64,000 bases of DNA from Alphaproteobacteria bacterium (GCA_015062495.1 SUUN01000002.1:71905-135904); one strand, 5' to 3'; positions 28,002 to 39,041 are shown, numbered from the stretch's first letter. The notes: generated by a model not told the origin, from the sequence alone. Numbers and translations: made by a program.

Positions 28002-28453
28002 TACTTTGCAACATTAACCGACGCCTTGAACAATCTGTATTTAGCCAAAGTCCAACATCCAAATTTGTACGCAACAAAAACCTGTAAAATTAAGGCCACA
28101 ATATAATTACGCGGCAACGCCATTAAATACTGTGACGCACCCGGCGCATTCCCCGTCTCAATAACAGGTGCAAGCCCCGTTAAAATCATTGCCATCAGTC
28201 CCACACGAAACAACGGCATATATTTTTGAATATTAAATTTACTTACCAATCGCATCACCAATGGACCAACCAAAAAGAAATCCAGCGTAAATGCCGTTAT
28301 ATAAATGGGCCCCAGCGCACCAAAAAAATTTGCCCACGACAAATGCCCATAAATCCATAAATTCATTGTCATCATCCCCAACACCATCGTTGTACAGTTT
28401 GGAATTGCAGAAATTATTGCTTCTTTGAAATTCTGTGGATAAATATTTGCCAT
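28001..28453 (-). CDS. hypothetical small membrane protein
   Basis: About 150 aa with 4 predicted transmembrane helices. Start re-picked at MANIYPQ. Confidence 0.45.
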   Translation of the reverse strand: MANIYPQNFKEAIISAIPNCTTMVLGMMTMNLWIYGHLSWANFFGALGPIYITAFTLDFFLVGPLVMRLVSKFNIQKYMPLFRVGLMAMILTGLAPVIETGNAPGASQYLMALPRNYIVALILQVFVAYKFGCWTLAKYRLFKASVNVAK

Positions 28454-28578
28454 CTTGTTTTCCCCATAAAAAAACAGTGCCTGCAACTGGACTTATGTGT
28501 TGCATACACTGCGCGTTGTTAATTTATTTTCCTAAAAATGCTGGGGCATTATAAGTTTTTTTATTTTTTGGGTCAAAC

Positions 28579-28608
28579 AAAAAATCCCCCACATGGGGGA
28601 TTTTTTTT
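28579..28608. terminator. terminator AAAAAATCCCCCACATGGGGGATTTTTTTT
   Basis: Hairpin overlapping the stop of the OMP gene. Confidence 0.7.
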
Positions 28609-29221
28609 AGAACATAAATCTGATACCGATATCGCCACCAAAGTTATGCAACCCTGACTGGATATCAACATATGTATAACGTGCCGCGACATCAACCGCA
28701 AAACGTTCCATATCGAATGTTACGCCCATTGTACCCATACCTGAAAAGCGTGTTTTGCTTTCACTTTGACGTGGGACCAGTTCGCCATCACGTTTAACAT
28801 CTGTAAACGCCATACCAACGCCCAATCCAACGAACGGACGAACGATTTTATACGAACCAAATTCCCAATAGTTATTCCACAACAGTGTCTGCATTTTGGT
28901 TTCTACATCAATACCACCAATGCCTGCGCCAAAATTCTCGCTATCAGACATTCTGCCAAAGTATGTCCATTCGATTTCCGAACGCACGGTATCACAAACT
29001 TCTAAACCTAATGCGGCACGACCCTGGAAAATATAATCAGTCATAGATTCCTTGTTGCCATCATATTTATAGTTCAAGTTTGTATAGCTCATACCACCAC
29101 GCAAACCGATATAAGGGTCCATCCCCCACATCTGCCAGCTGCTACCCTGGTTCGGATTATTCATCGCGAACGCCGGACACGCAATCAGCACAGCCAGTGT
29201 TGAAATTGCTAACTTTTTCAT
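28607..29221 (-). CDS. small outer-membrane beta-barrel protein (OmpA-like/OMP_b-brl family)
   Basis: 204 aa. Signal peptide, alternating beta-strand pattern, C-terminal ...GIRFMF. Confidence 0.6.
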   Translation of the reverse strand: MKKLAISTLAVLIACPAFAMNNPNQGSSWQMWGMDPYIGLRGGMSYTNLNYKYDGNKESMTDYIFQGRAALGLEVCDTVRSEIEWTYFGRMSDSENFGAGIGGIDVETKMQTLLWNNYWEFGSYKIVRPFVGLGVGMAFTDVKRDGELVPRQSESKTRFSGMGTMGVTFDMERFAVDVAARYTYVDIQSGLHNFGGDIGIRFMF

Positions 29222-29374
29222 TTTCTCTCCTTTTTGTGTTTTTTGTGATTCAAAGTTTCATGTCAACACCCATATTCTATCAAGGCAATATAAATATTTA
29301 CATAGGTATGAATCCCTGGGCTACAATATCCATAAATCAAACAAAAAAACGGCCGCAAAATGGCCGTTTATTTC

Positions 29375-29450
29375 TGGTGGACGCGCAGGGACTCGAACCC
29401 TGGACCCACTGATTAAGAGTCAGTTGCTCTACCAACTGAGCTACGCATCC
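29375..29450 (-). tRNA. tRNA-Lys (CTT)
   Basis: Reverse strand reads GGATGCGTAGCTCAGTTGGTAGAGCAACTGACTCTTAATCAGTGGGTCCAGGGTTCGAGTCCCTGCGCGTCCACCA. Anticodon loop CTCTTAA. Followed on its strand by a CGGCC-loop-GGCCG terminator. Confidence 0.85.
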
Positions 29451-29505
29451 AGAACCGTAACGGGGCTAATTATAGACTTAAAATCCACCAAATGCAAGTT
29501 TTTGT

Positions 29506-30705
29506 TTACATTTCAACACATTGCGCCGTCATACATCTTGGACGTAATTCAACATCCTTGATTTCTTCCACCGTCTGCGTCCCTGCCAACCACATAACAC
29601 GTTGCAAATCAGTCTTTAAATATTCAAACACAGATTCCACCCCGCGCCATCCACCCAACGCCAACCCATATATCACCGGCCGACCAATTGCAACCACATC
29701 TGCGCCACTGGCAATGGCCTTGAATACATGCTGGCCACGGCGAATACCGCTGTCGAAAATAATTGGAACACGCTTATTAACCCGCGTTGCAATTTCTGGC
29801 AACACATCAAATGCCGCCGGCGCACCATCCAATTGGCGTCCACCATGATTTGACACCCAAATCGCATCCGCACCGGCGGCAATCGCGACCTCGGCATCAT
29901 CAGGATGCTGAATACCTTTGACAATAACGGGCAAATCCGTCCATGACTTTACCCGCATAATATCAAATGGGATTAAATCATTTTTGGCCGCTGCGAATAT
30001 TGCACCTATACCCTGCCCGCCCGATCGTGGCACATTTGGCAAATCCAATGGGAACTTAAAATTATTACGTGCATCACGCACACGATTACCACCAATCGGC
30101 GCATCAACCGTCAATATTATCGCGCGATACCCCTGATTTTCCGCAGATTTAACCAGTGCCCGATTTGCTGCATCATCCTTGCTCAGATACAGTTGAAACC
30201 ATTGTGGTGCACCGTTACCAGCAGCTGCCACCTCGGCCAATGTTGAACTTGCATATGTGCTGACTGACATAATTGTCCCCGCGGCCGCCACGCCACGCGC
30301 ACTGCCCGCTTCGGCCGACACATGTGCAAGGCCATGCGCCGCCGCCGGCGCGGCAATTATCGGCATTGAAATATCAATTCCCAAGATTTGCGTACGTGTA
30401 TCTGGATTATCAACCCCACTCATCACACGCGGATAGATATCAACCATATCAAACGCCGATTCGTTTCGGCGCATTGTATTTTCCGTCTGGGCCCCGCCAC
30501 GAATATAGTCAAAACCACCCACCGGTATAATTTGTGCCACCTGACTTTCCAAATCATCAATATCATATATTGTAATTTTTTCATCACGCATGGATGCCTG
30601 ATAATCATCATGTGCCACCGCATCCGCGCGATGCATTCGCACCACAACCCATATAATTAACAAAAAAACCAAAACAACCGATAAAATAAAAATCATTTTT
30701 TTCAT
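29506..30705 (-). CDS. FMN-dependent alpha-hydroxy-acid dehydrogenase/oxidase (L-lactate dehydrogenase LldD-like), membrane-anchored
   Basis: TIM-barrel FMN motifs (SNHGGRQLDG, RPVIYGLA). N-terminal transmembrane helix. Start re-picked at MKKMIF with RBS. Confidence 0.75.
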   Translation of the reverse strand: MKKMIFILSVVLVFLLIIWVVVRMHRADAVAHDDYQASMRDEKITIYDIDDLESQVAQIIPVGGFDYIRGGAQTENTMRRNESAFDMVDIYPRVMSGVDNPDTRTQILGIDISMPIIAAPAAAHGLAHVSAEAGSARGVAAAGTIMSVSTYASSTLAEVAAAGNGAPQWFQLYLSKDDAANRALVKSAENQGYRAIILTVDAPIGGNRVRDARNNFKFPLDLPNVPRSGGQGIGAIFAAAKNDLIPFDIMRVKSWTDLPVIVKGIQHPDDAEVAIAAGADAIWVSNHGGRQLDGAPAAFDVLPEIATRVNKRVPIIFDSGIRRGQHVFKAIASGADVVAIGRPVIYGLALGGWRGVESVFEYLKTDLQRVMWLAGTQTVEEIKDVELRPRCMTAQCVEM

Positions 30706-30802
30706 CTCTTTTCCCCTTCTGTTTGTATACAGAATACCAAAAGTGATAAAAAAATCTGATTTGACAATATTCACAAAAAAAGCCACACACATGTGGCAAA
30801 AT

Positions 30803-32011
30803 TTACTTTTTCAAGTATTGCGTTGGGTTATATGCTTTGGTCCCCTTGCGAATTTCAAAGTGCAATTGTGGACTGTCCACCTTGCCTGTTTTGCCAACCG
30901 TTCCAATTTGCTGTCCAACTGACACACGTGCGCCACGTCGCACAACCATCGAATCCATATGGGCATAGACCGTCATCCAACCATCTTCATGTTGAATAAT
31001 TATCAGATTTCCCATACCTTTAACCTCGTTCCCGGCATAGGCAACAACACCATTTTCCGCTGCCTTGACGGCCGCACCACGCGTGGCACCAATATTTATG
31101 CCATCATTAAACAGCCCACTGGATTTCGCACCATAGTTCGACAAAATTTTTCCCCGCACCGGCCATGAAAATTTAGACGATGAACGCGCATTAATTTTTG
31201 GCAATTTTTTTGTCGGATCAGACGATATCTTTTTCACAGGCGTTGCAACAACCTTTTTTTCTGCCCCCGCCTTCTCTGCTATTGCCTTGGCAACACGCTT
31301 TTGCTGGGACTGCGTCTGTACAGTGGTATTTGGGGATTTCATGGCAACCTTGACATCATCTGTTCGCACCTGCTCTACCGACACGCGCGCCAGGTTTGGC
31401 ACCCGAATTTTCTGTCCCACAGTCAAATTAAACGGTGGCGTCAAATTATTCATAACCGCCAAATCATTCACCGGCACAGAATACTTGCGCGATAATGAAT
31501 ACAGTGTATCACCACGCGCCACAACCACATCGGTTAATTCCACACGTGTTGTCTTTTGCGCACCAACGCGCGGCTTGGCAATCTTTAATACATCATCTGT
31601 GTTTATATTGGCACGTTGCGCCCCCGTATCACCATACATCGGCACCAAAATATATTCATCTGCACTTGCGACATCAACAGAATCATTCGTTCCAGATTTG
31701 TCGTCCACTATTTCTGCACCCACATCAACATCTGCGACCTGGGGCGGAATGATATAATCATCCACCGACGCATACATTACATAATCATCCCCAGAATATG
31801 TTCCATACAACTGGGGCGATGCATAGACACCATAATCTGTTGCCGCCGAATTATAAATTTCTGGATATTGATTTGGATCTGCTAACAATGCGGGATAACG
31901 CGCCGAAATAAAGTCCCCAACAGAATCTGGGAACGACAAAACCCTGGGCTGTAAATCACATGCCGTTTGTGTAATCAGAACACCTGCAAAAATCCATATG
32001 AATTTTTTCAC
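30803..32011 (-). CDS. LysM-domain M23 metallopeptidase (NlpD/murein hydrolase activator-like)
   Basis: LysM (GDTLYSLSRKYSVPVNDLAVMNNL) plus C-terminal M23 motifs (HMDS...HFEIRKG). 402 aa with signal peptide. Confidence 0.8.
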   Translation of the reverse strand: MKKFIWIFAGVLITQTACDLQPRVLSFPDSVGDFISARYPALLADPNQYPEIYNSAATDYGVYASPQLYGTYSGDDYVMYASVDDYIIPPQVADVDVGAEIVDDKSGTNDSVDVASADEYILVPMYGDTGAQRANINTDDVLKIAKPRVGAQKTTRVELTDVVVARGDTLYSLSRKYSVPVNDLAVMNNLTPPFNLTVGQKIRVPNLARVSVEQVRTDDVKVAMKSPNTTVQTQSQQKRVAKAIAEKAGAEKKVVATPVKKISSDPTKKLPKINARSSSKFSWPVRGKILSNYGAKSSGLFNDGINIGATRGAAVKAAENGVVAYAGNEVKGMGNLIIIQHEDGWMTVYAHMDSMVVRRGARVSVGQQIGTVGKTGKVDSPQLHFEIRKGTKAYNPTQYLKK

Positions 32012-32031
32012 GATACAATTATATCATAAAA

Positions 32032-32739
32032 TCAATCACGACGCATAAACAAAATACTAATTTCAAACAATGCCCACATTGGCAACGCCAATAAAACCTG
32101 GCTGACTACATCTGGTGGTGTCAAAACGGCCGCCCCAATCACAATAAACACAATTGCATAGCGCCGCATTTTTATTACGCGTCCCCGCTCTAATACACCG
32201 ACACGATTTAACAACACCAATACCAACGGCAATTGAAACGCCACCCCAAACACCTTTAACAATCCAATTGCAAATGTCAAATAACCACGTGCCGCCGGCA
32301 ACAAAACAGCCGGCACAGGCGCAGTCTGATTTAATTCAACAAAGAATTTAAAAACAATCGGAAACAGAAAATAAAATGCAAATGCCACACCCAACAAAAA
32401 CAAAACCGGCGACATAATCAACATTGGGAAAATAACATTACGTTCATTCTGCCTTAGCCCTGGCGCAACAAACGCCCACACATGCCATAACACAGCCGGT
32501 CCAACAACAATCAGCGCGAACATCGTCGCCAACGAAAACTGAATCATCAACCCATCTGTCAGTCCCGTATAAATCAACGCCCCATCCCCCCACACACTTA
32601 ACAAAGGCGCAGTCAAAAATTTTTGCATCATTGGCGCAACATACCAACCACACACAAACGAAATCGCGAAAATCAACGCCACCCATAAAATTCGCCGACG
32701 CATCTCAGAAAAATGCTGCATCAATGTCATTTTCTTCAT
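32032..32739 (-). CDS. tatC: twin-arginine translocase subunit TatC
   Basis: 235 aa, 6 transmembrane helices, TatC family conservation. Confidence 0.85.
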   Translation of the reverse strand: MKKMTLMQHFSEMRRRILWVALIFAISFVCGWYVAPMMQKFLTAPLLSVWGDGALIYTGLTDGLMIQFSLATMFALIVVGPAVLWHVWAFVAPGLRQNERNVIFPMLIMSPVLFLLGVAFAFYFLFPIVFKFFVELNQTAPVPAVLLPAARGYLTFAIGLLKVFGVAFQLPLVLVLLNRVGVLERGRVIKMRRYAIVFIVIGAAVLTPPDVVSQVLLALPMWALFEISILFMRRD

Positions 32740-33026
32740 TTTTTCTGCGCCTTTTTACGAACGTTTTTTTTGGGCTTTTTTATCGCGGTTGATATAGTAT
32801 CCAGAACATCATTCGTTGTCGATTGAATTAAATCATCAATTGGTTTTTCCAGTTCAATTTGTTGCTTAATATTTTCAGACGCATCCGTAATTTTCCATAA
32901 AATTCCACGAACAAAATTCACAGCCCGTGCCAAAAACCGCGCCACATCCGGCCACATACGCGCCGGCACAACAATGACGCCAACCAGTACAATTACAAAA
33001 AATTCACCCCAACTAATTCCAAACAT
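32736..33026 (-). CDS. tatB: twin-arginine translocase subunit TatA/TatB
   Basis: 96 aa. N-terminal transmembrane helix plus amphipathic helix (MFGISWGEFFVIVLVGVIVV). Overlaps tatC by 4 nt. Confidence 0.75.
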   Translation of the reverse strand: MFGISWGEFFVIVLVGVIVVPARMWPDVARFLARAVNFVRGILWKITDASENIKQQIELEKPIDDLIQSTTNDVLDTISTAIKKPKKNVRKKAQKK

Positions 33027-33033
33027 AACTTAT

Positions 33034-33648
33034 TTAATCATAGTAATCATCGCCACCGCTGGTACTGATTGTTTTATGACGCTGAATTTGAAAGAAATCC
33101 TTGGCAAACTTGTTTTTTTCACGCAAATCGCGAAACGCCACATCTGTTTTTGCACCTGTTGCATCAACAACGGTCCATGAATTTAGTTTAATTGGCGATT
33201 TATCAAAAACAACCGTCATATGCCCCAGCCCTTCTTGCCCACGCAGATTCATTTTTAACGCAAATGAATTTTTCCAATTTGCTGTTTCCACAACGTTAAT
33301 ATCTGCATTCACCAGGTCAATATTTTTCCGCACCAAAATACCGGCGGGCGTACTAGTAATCGGCACTGTTGTAATCTGATCCAAAGATTTATCAAAGAAA
33401 TACAAATCACTGCCATCTGAAATTAATTGCACCGGCATATTATCATAGTCCAACCGCACCCGCCCTGGACGCAGCATTGCAAAATCCCCCGCCTGTTGCT
33501 TACCAGATGCGGTTTGAACAAATTCCCCACTTAACCCAGTAATGGAATTCAGATACTTTTCAGCCTGTTTAACCAGCGCATCATCCACCGCTGCATTTGC
33601 ACAACATGTCATCCCTGCAATAAATAACGCACAAAAAATTCTTTTCAT
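33034..33648 (-). CDS. lolA: outer-membrane lipoprotein carrier protein LolA
   Basis: 204 aa periplasmic protein with LolA family features. Confidence 0.7.
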   Translation of the reverse strand: MKRIFCALFIAGMTCCANAAVDDALVKQAEKYLNSITGLSGEFVQTASGKQQAGDFAMLRPGRVRLDYDNMPVQLISDGSDLYFFDKSLDQITTVPITSTPAGILVRKNIDLVNADINVVETANWKNSFALKMNLRGQEGLGHMTVVFDKSPIKLNSWTVVDATGAKTDVAFRDLREKNKFAKDFFQIQRHKTISTSGGDDYYD

Positions 33649-33653
33649 TCCCC

Positions 33654-34604
33654 TTATTCCCCCTTGAACAGTTCCAACACACGCGCCCGCACATTGGCCA
33701 TATTATCACGCACAACCGCACCTGCGGCCCTTTCATGACCGCCGCCCCCCAGCGCAATTGCAATTTTATCTATTGGCTTTTTCCGACTGCGAATAGAAAT
33801 ACCAATTTGCTCGGGCTTTTGCTCTTTTAGTAAAACTATATATTCCACACCTTGAATCTGTCCCAGTAAACTTAACGCCATTTCCCCACGTCCGTCCAGG
33901 TACTTATAATCCTTTTTTTCAACCACAGCCAACGCCAATCGCCCATGATAGAAAAATTCTGCATTGGCGGCGGTTCGTGCCTCTAACTGTACAGTTTTGC
34001 GTGGTTTATTATTCATCAATTCGATTAATTCACGAATATTGACACCACTGTCAACCAAGTCCGCCATAATACGCAGCGCATCACCATTACGGGCGAATTT
34101 AAAATTCCCTGTATCTGTCAATATTGCCAACGCTAATAAATCCGCCGTACGCGAATCCAGGCTAAGTCCACCCGCCCGCATTATCCGATAAACGATTACC
34201 GCAGTTGCAGCGGCATTTTCGTCATTTATACACAATTGCCCAATATTGTTTTCGTTTTTATGATGATCTATTTCAATTACAAAATCTGCTTTATCAACAA
34301 TCGGCTGTGGTCCACCAACATGCACCGGATTTCCATAATCCATCACAATGGCTAAATCAAAGTGCTGGTTCATATCGACGCGTTCAAAATACTTAATCCG
34401 TGGTCGCAACGGCACATTTGACAAGTTTTCTGGAATATTTCCATCATATACACAAACGGGACTGACACCAAAGTTTTCTTCGATTAAATGCGCCAACGCC
34501 AACACACTGCACAGCGAATCACCATCTGGGTTTTTATGCCCCATAATGGCAATCGATTTTGCATTTCTTACGCGTTCAAAAAATTCCTTTATGTTTTGTT
34601 CCAT
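33654..34604 (-). CDS. nrnA: DHH-family phosphoesterase (NrnA-like oligoribonuclease/pAp phosphatase)
   Basis: DHH motif (HKNPDGDSLCS) and DHHA1 GGGH motif (LGGGGHERAAG). 316 aa. Confidence 0.75.
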   Translation of the reverse strand: MEQNIKEFFERVRNAKSIAIMGHKNPDGDSLCSVLALAHLIEENFGVSPVCVYDGNIPENLSNVPLRPRIKYFERVDMNQHFDLAIVMDYGNPVHVGGPQPIVDKADFVIEIDHHKNENNIGQLCINDENAAATAVIVYRIMRAGGLSLDSRTADLLALAILTDTGNFKFARNGDALRIMADLVDSGVNIRELIELMNNKPRKTVQLEARTAANAEFFYHGRLALAVVEKKDYKYLDGRGEMALSLLGQIQGVEYIVLLKEQKPEQIGISIRSRKKPIDKIAIALGGGGHERAAGAVVRDNMANVRARVLELFKGE

Positions 34605-34616
34605 ACCAACCTATCT

Positions 34617-36353
34617 TTATATCGCTACATCTTCTACAAAGAACTGTGCATTAACGCGACCGTTGTATTCATTTTCTTTTAACTTGCCCAGCAACATTAT
34701 TTTAGTATTTACATTAACATCGTCCAGTAAAAAATCACCCACCGGCGTTCCAACCAGATTAAACCCAACAAAGGACACCTGTGTACCTGCACTGGTATTA
34801 ATTACCCCACGCAAATGTGCACCGCCCCCCATAACCGATGCATATCGTAACACCCCACCACGCAGCACCAACGTTGGTTCTGGATTTCCCTGACCGAACG
34901 GTGCCAACGCCGCCATTTTTTTGACCAATCGCATATTTGCCGCACCTGCATCTATTTCTGCATCCACAACCAATTCAGGTGCCGGCATTTCACCATTCAA
35001 TTGTTCTTTGACCGCATTTTCCAAGAATTCACAAAACGCACTTTCATTTTCCACCGCCAATGAAAATCCCGCTGCTGCTGCATGACCGCCACCTTCGCTA
35101 ATAACACCGGCGGCCAACGCATCGTGAATAATTTTTCCTAAATCCACCCCCGCAATCGAACGCCCCGAACCATTTATCATTCCGTCTGATTTAGTCGCCA
35201 CACACGACGGCAGATTATATTTATCCTTCAATCGCCCTGCGATAATCCCCATCACACCACCGTGCCAATTTTCACCACAGACAAATAAACTGCAACGCCC
35301 CGCCTTACAGCAATCTTCGGCCATTTCACACGCCCGCAGCATAATTGCATTTTGGATATCAATACGTTCCTGATTCATCACATGCAATTTATTTGCCAAA
35401 TCATTTGCAATCAGCGGATTATCCGTTAACAACAATTCTAACGCAGGCGCGGCCGAATCCAATCGTCCCGCCGCATTCAATCGCGGACCAATCGCAAAGC
35501 CTGCTGCATACACTGACGGCTGTTTTATTCCGGCAATATCCATCAACACCCGCAGTCCCAGGTTTTGACGCAACCCTAACACTTTCAGCCCCGTCGCAAC
35601 AAATGCACGATTCAACCCCACCAATGGCATAGTATCGCAAATTGTCCCCAACGCGACCAAATCCATGAAATTCATCAGTTCTGAATTATCCAGTCCCAAT
35701 CCACGGCTTTTTAATTCACGATTTGTTGCAACCAATGTCAAAAACGCAACACCAACCCCGGCCAAATATGTTAATCCCGACGCATCATCCACGCGTTTGG
35801 GATTTACCACTGCATCTGCATCGGGCAAGATACTATCCGGCGAATGATGATCCGTCACAACAACCCGCAATCCACAATCCCGTGCATGTGCAACCTCGCC
35901 AATACCGCTTATTCCACAATCGACAGTAATCAGTAATTTCACGCCATTTGCGACAATTTCATCGATTGCTTCGTTATTCAGGCCATAACCTTCACCCTCA
36001 CGCGTGGGCAAATGCCATATAACATCCGCATGTATTGCGCGTAAATACTTTACCAACACAGCCGTTGACGTAATCCCATCAACATCATAATCACCATATA
36101 TTGCAATTTTATCGCCATTCTGTACGGCATCTGCGATTATACGGGCGGCATTATCCATATCCATCAACACCGATGGATTTGGCATATATTCTTTGATTGA
36201 TGGATTCAGAAATTTTTTTACATCTGCATCTGCCAGAACCCCACGGCCGGCCAAAATTTTTTTGACCAAATCATCCGAGTTCACATTATCAATACAATCT
36301 GCCAACACCCATGCCTTGCCCAGCATGGACTTCTCTACTATTCTACTACTCAA
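34617..36353 (-). CDS. recJ: single-stranded-DNA-specific exonuclease RecJ
   Basis: DHH (GDYDVDGITS), DHHA1 (GGGHAAAAG) and a C-terminal OB-like domain. 578 aa. Confidence 0.9.
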   Translation of the reverse strand: MSSRIVEKSMLGKAWVLADCIDNVNSDDLVKKILAGRGVLADADVKKFLNPSIKEYMPNPSVLMDMDNAARIIADAVQNGDKIAIYGDYDVDGITSTAVLVKYLRAIHADVIWHLPTREGEGYGLNNEAIDEIVANGVKLLITVDCGISGIGEVAHARDCGLRVVVTDHHSPDSILPDADAVVNPKRVDDASGLTYLAGVGVAFLTLVATNRELKSRGLGLDNSELMNFMDLVALGTICDTMPLVGLNRAFVATGLKVLGLRQNLGLRVLMDIAGIKQPSVYAAGFAIGPRLNAAGRLDSAAPALELLLTDNPLIANDLANKLHVMNQERIDIQNAIMLRACEMAEDCCKAGRCSLFVCGENWHGGVMGIIAGRLKDKYNLPSCVATKSDGMINGSGRSIAGVDLGKIIHDALAAGVISEGGGHAAAAGFSLAVENESAFCEFLENAVKEQLNGEMPAPELVVDAEIDAGAANMRLVKKMAALAPFGQGNPEPTLVLRGGVLRYASVMGGGAHLRGVINTSAGTQVSFVGFNLVGTPVGDFLLDDVNVNTKIMLLGKLKENEYNGRVNAQFFVEDVAI

Positions 36354-36396
36354 CGCACTTCTCTTTTTTTATTATCAAGTGCATTATAATTCAATT

Positions 36397-38028
36397 TTAT
36401 TCAAATAGCAACGGCAGTATCCCATCTAAAATTTTTCCTGTTGTCGGCACAGCATTCCATGCTGCCGTCCGCCAACCCCACGATTCTTTAGTTCCCTGGG
36501 GTTCATCCAACACAACCAATATCGTATACTGTGGTGCATGGACAGGGAATATCCCTGCAAACGCGGTCACATTACGTTTATGATCAACCTTGCCATTGGT
36601 GTATTTAACGGCGGTTGCGGTCTTACCACCGATTTGAATACCCGCAACACGTGCCTGTTTACCACTGGTTTCTTCGGCCACACGCAACATAATCGGTCGC
36701 AGTTTTGCAGATATTTCATCACTCAGCACACGTTCCCCACGCACCACACCAACATTGCGTTTTTGCAACGTTGGATAAATATATATCCCCCCATTTGTCA
36801 CCGCATTCACCGCCAACATCAAATGCATTGGCGTCACTGACACACCATGTCCATATGCACGTGTCGCGCGTTCGACCGGCCCCCACTTATTCGGTAACAA
36901 CGGCTTTTCTGTACGTCCAAATTCTAAATCCAACGCTTCATCAAAATGTAATCTTTCAAAAAATTCTTTTTGCGCACCATCCGGCAGATCCAGCGCAATT
37001 TGCGCACTGCCTACATTACATGAATGAACCATTATTTCTTCAATTGTCAGATGTGGACGTGGTGGCTTAAAACTGCGAATATCAGTAATTTTTGCAGCCG
37101 TCCGCCCAAACTTATCCGGTATTATAAACGGCTCTTTGACATAGTATTCTTTGTTTATGCCATTTTCCAACGCCAATGCTGTATTGAATATTTTAAAAAT
37201 AGACCCCAATTCAAACACACCACGCATTGGTTTAAACAATCGATTTGCAACTGGATCTGCCGATAAATTTTCTGGATCGAAATCCGGCAAAGACACCATA
37301 GCGATAATTTCACCAGTCCGCGAATTCATCAGCATCCCCATCGCAGCCTTGGTCTGATATTTTTGCATTGCAAATGATAACTGGTCATAAAACACAGACT
37401 GAACACGCGAATCAACCGACAATCGTAACGGATCTTTATTTTCAGTCAGATAATCTTCATAAATACGTTCTGCACCTTCCAGGCCACGTCCTTCGGCACC
37501 GACAAAACCGACCACATGTGAAAACAATCTGCGTTTTGGATATTTACGCGTTTGAATTTTTTCAATTTCCAGCCCCTCTAACCGCGCGTTTTGAATAATT
37601 TCACGCTGTGCGTCACTGGCATATTTTTTCAGTCTGATAAATCGTCTGTCTGAATTAACCAGCGCAATCGCATCCGCCAACGAATATTCATATGGCAATG
37701 CCTGGTGTATCGTCTGGGCAACCGCATCCCGATCTTGTTCCCGAACGGCACGGTTACGCAGTATAATATGTCCCGACGCAACATTTTTGGCCAAGATATC
37801 ACCATTTCTGTCCACAATGTCCGCACGTTGCACATTCCATTCACCATCTGCCCCGGCCAGACGCGCCCTATCTGTTCCCTGAATCCCCAGTTGTAATGTT
37901 CGCCCAATAAAAATCATAAACGCGATTAAAAATACCGTATACATAACCCCCAGACGTTTACGGCCGACAACCTCGCCACGCGCGCCTGAAAAACCATGCT
38001 TAAAAATATCCTTGCCGACTTCGAACAT
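36397..38028 (-). CDS. ftsI: peptidoglycan D,D-transpeptidase FtsI (PBP3-type class B PBP)
   Basis: SxxK (GSIFK), SxN (HSCN) and KTG-like motifs, with an N-terminal transmembrane anchor. Immediately downstream of an FtsL-like gene. Confidence 0.8.
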   Translation of the reverse strand: MFEVGKDIFKHGFSGARGEVVGRKRLGVMYTVFLIAFMIFIGRTLQLGIQGTDRARLAGADGEWNVQRADIVDRNGDILAKNVASGHIILRNRAVREQDRDAVAQTIHQALPYEYSLADAIALVNSDRRFIRLKKYASDAQREIIQNARLEGLEIEKIQTRKYPKRRLFSHVVGFVGAEGRGLEGAERIYEDYLTENKDPLRLSVDSRVQSVFYDQLSFAMQKYQTKAAMGMLMNSRTGEIIAMVSLPDFDPENLSADPVANRLFKPMRGVFELGSIFKIFNTALALENGINKEYYVKEPFIIPDKFGRTAAKITDIRSFKPPRPHLTIEEIMVHSCNVGSAQIALDLPDGAQKEFFERLHFDEALDLEFGRTEKPLLPNKWGPVERATRAYGHGVSVTPMHLMLAVNAVTNGGIYIYPTLQKRNVGVVRGERVLSDEISAKLRPIMLRVAEETSGKQARVAGIQIGGKTATAVKYTNGKVDHKRNVTAFAGIFPVHAPQYTILVVLDEPQGTKESWGWRTAAWNAVPTTGKILDGILPLLFE

Positions 38029-38337
38029 TTATAATTCTTCTTTGAACCCAATTTCATTAACTGCAATTGATTTATTAAAACTGACCAATTCCGATTTTGG
38101 CGCAATACTTACCACCAAATTACGCAAAATTTCCGGACGCACATACGCGGCAAAGTTAGCCTCGGCCACGGCGATTTGTTGTTGGGTTGCAACGATTTCC
38201 CGTCTGACGCGGTTTAACTGCCGATTTTGTGTACGGAACGCAACCTGTAATATTACCGTCATCAACAGCACTACACCAACCGACCAGACGCCAATTTGAA
38301 ACATTTTTTCATCGTTCTGCATAATCCCCCCACACAC
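38029..38337 (-). CDS. ftsL: cell-division protein FtsL-like
   Basis: 102 aa bitopic protein with a coiled-coil, in the canonical position before ftsI. Confidence 0.5.
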   Translation of the reverse strand: MCGGIMQNDEKMFQIGVWSVGVVLLMTVILQVAFRTQNRQLNRVRREIVATQQQIAVAEANFAAYVRPEILRNLVVSIAPKSELVSFNKSIAVNEIGFKEEL

Positions 38338-38360
38338 AAATACGCTTTATCGGCATTTTA

Positions 38361-38723
38361 TCACAAATTCTGAAAAAAACGAATCATAGAATTAACACCA
38401 TTTAACCGCCCCGCCCCCAGGTTTAAATTCAAAGACGCAAATTCCCCTGCCAAATCCATTTTTTTTATTTCATCCGCCGTGCATCCATCAACCATCGCAA
38501 TCAGTATCGCAACAATTCCACGCACAATTGCCGAATCGGCCACACCATAAAAGCGATTATCCAACCGACAAATTTGAACAAACGACGCACAGCCTAAAAT
38601 CTCAGTACAAATTGCCCCATCTGGCACTGGGGACAAATTTTTTCCAAAATCCATGACCATTTCCAAACGAATCGCCGGATCATCGACCATCATCAACATA
38701 CTTTTCATATCTGAATATGTCAT
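38361..38723 (-). CDS. sufE: SufE-like sulfur acceptor protein
   Basis: 120 aa with conserved Cys in ILGCASFVQI. Confidence 0.5.
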   Translation of the reverse strand: MTYSDMKSMLMMVDDPAIRLEMVMDFGKNLSPVPDGAICTEILGCASFVQICRLDNRFYGVADSAIVRGIVAILIAMVDGCTADEIKKMDLAGEFASLNLNLGAGRLNGVNSMIRFFQNL

Positions 38724-38726
38724 GAC

Positions 38727-39041
38727 CTACCACCCCTCGTTTGTTAAATCCAGTTCCACACGCGCCGCATCCGACATACGTGACAAATCCCATGGTGGGT
38801 CCCACACCAAATCCACACGCACCGGCACATCACCCGCAACCAATTGGGCGGCGGCGCGCACCTGCTCTAACAATTCTTCCATCATCGGACACGTCGGACT
38901 GGTAAATGTCATTTTTATAACAACCAAATCCGGTTTAATATCAATATCATAAATCAGCCCCATATCCCAAATATTGACTGGGATTTCTGGGTCATAGATT
39001 GTTTTTAACGTGGCAATAATATCTTCTTTTGTAAATGTCAT
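38727..39041 (-). CDS. sufT: Fe-S assembly protein SufT (DUF59/MIP18 family)
   Basis: 104 aa. ATLKTIYDPEIPVNIWDMGLIYDI...TSPTCP is typical of DUF59. Confidence 0.7.
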   Translation of the reverse strand: MTFTKEDIIATLKTIYDPEIPVNIWDMGLIYDIDIKPDLVVIKMTFTSPTCPMMEELLEQVRAAAQLVAGDVPVRVDLVWDPPWDLSRMSDAARVELDLTNEGW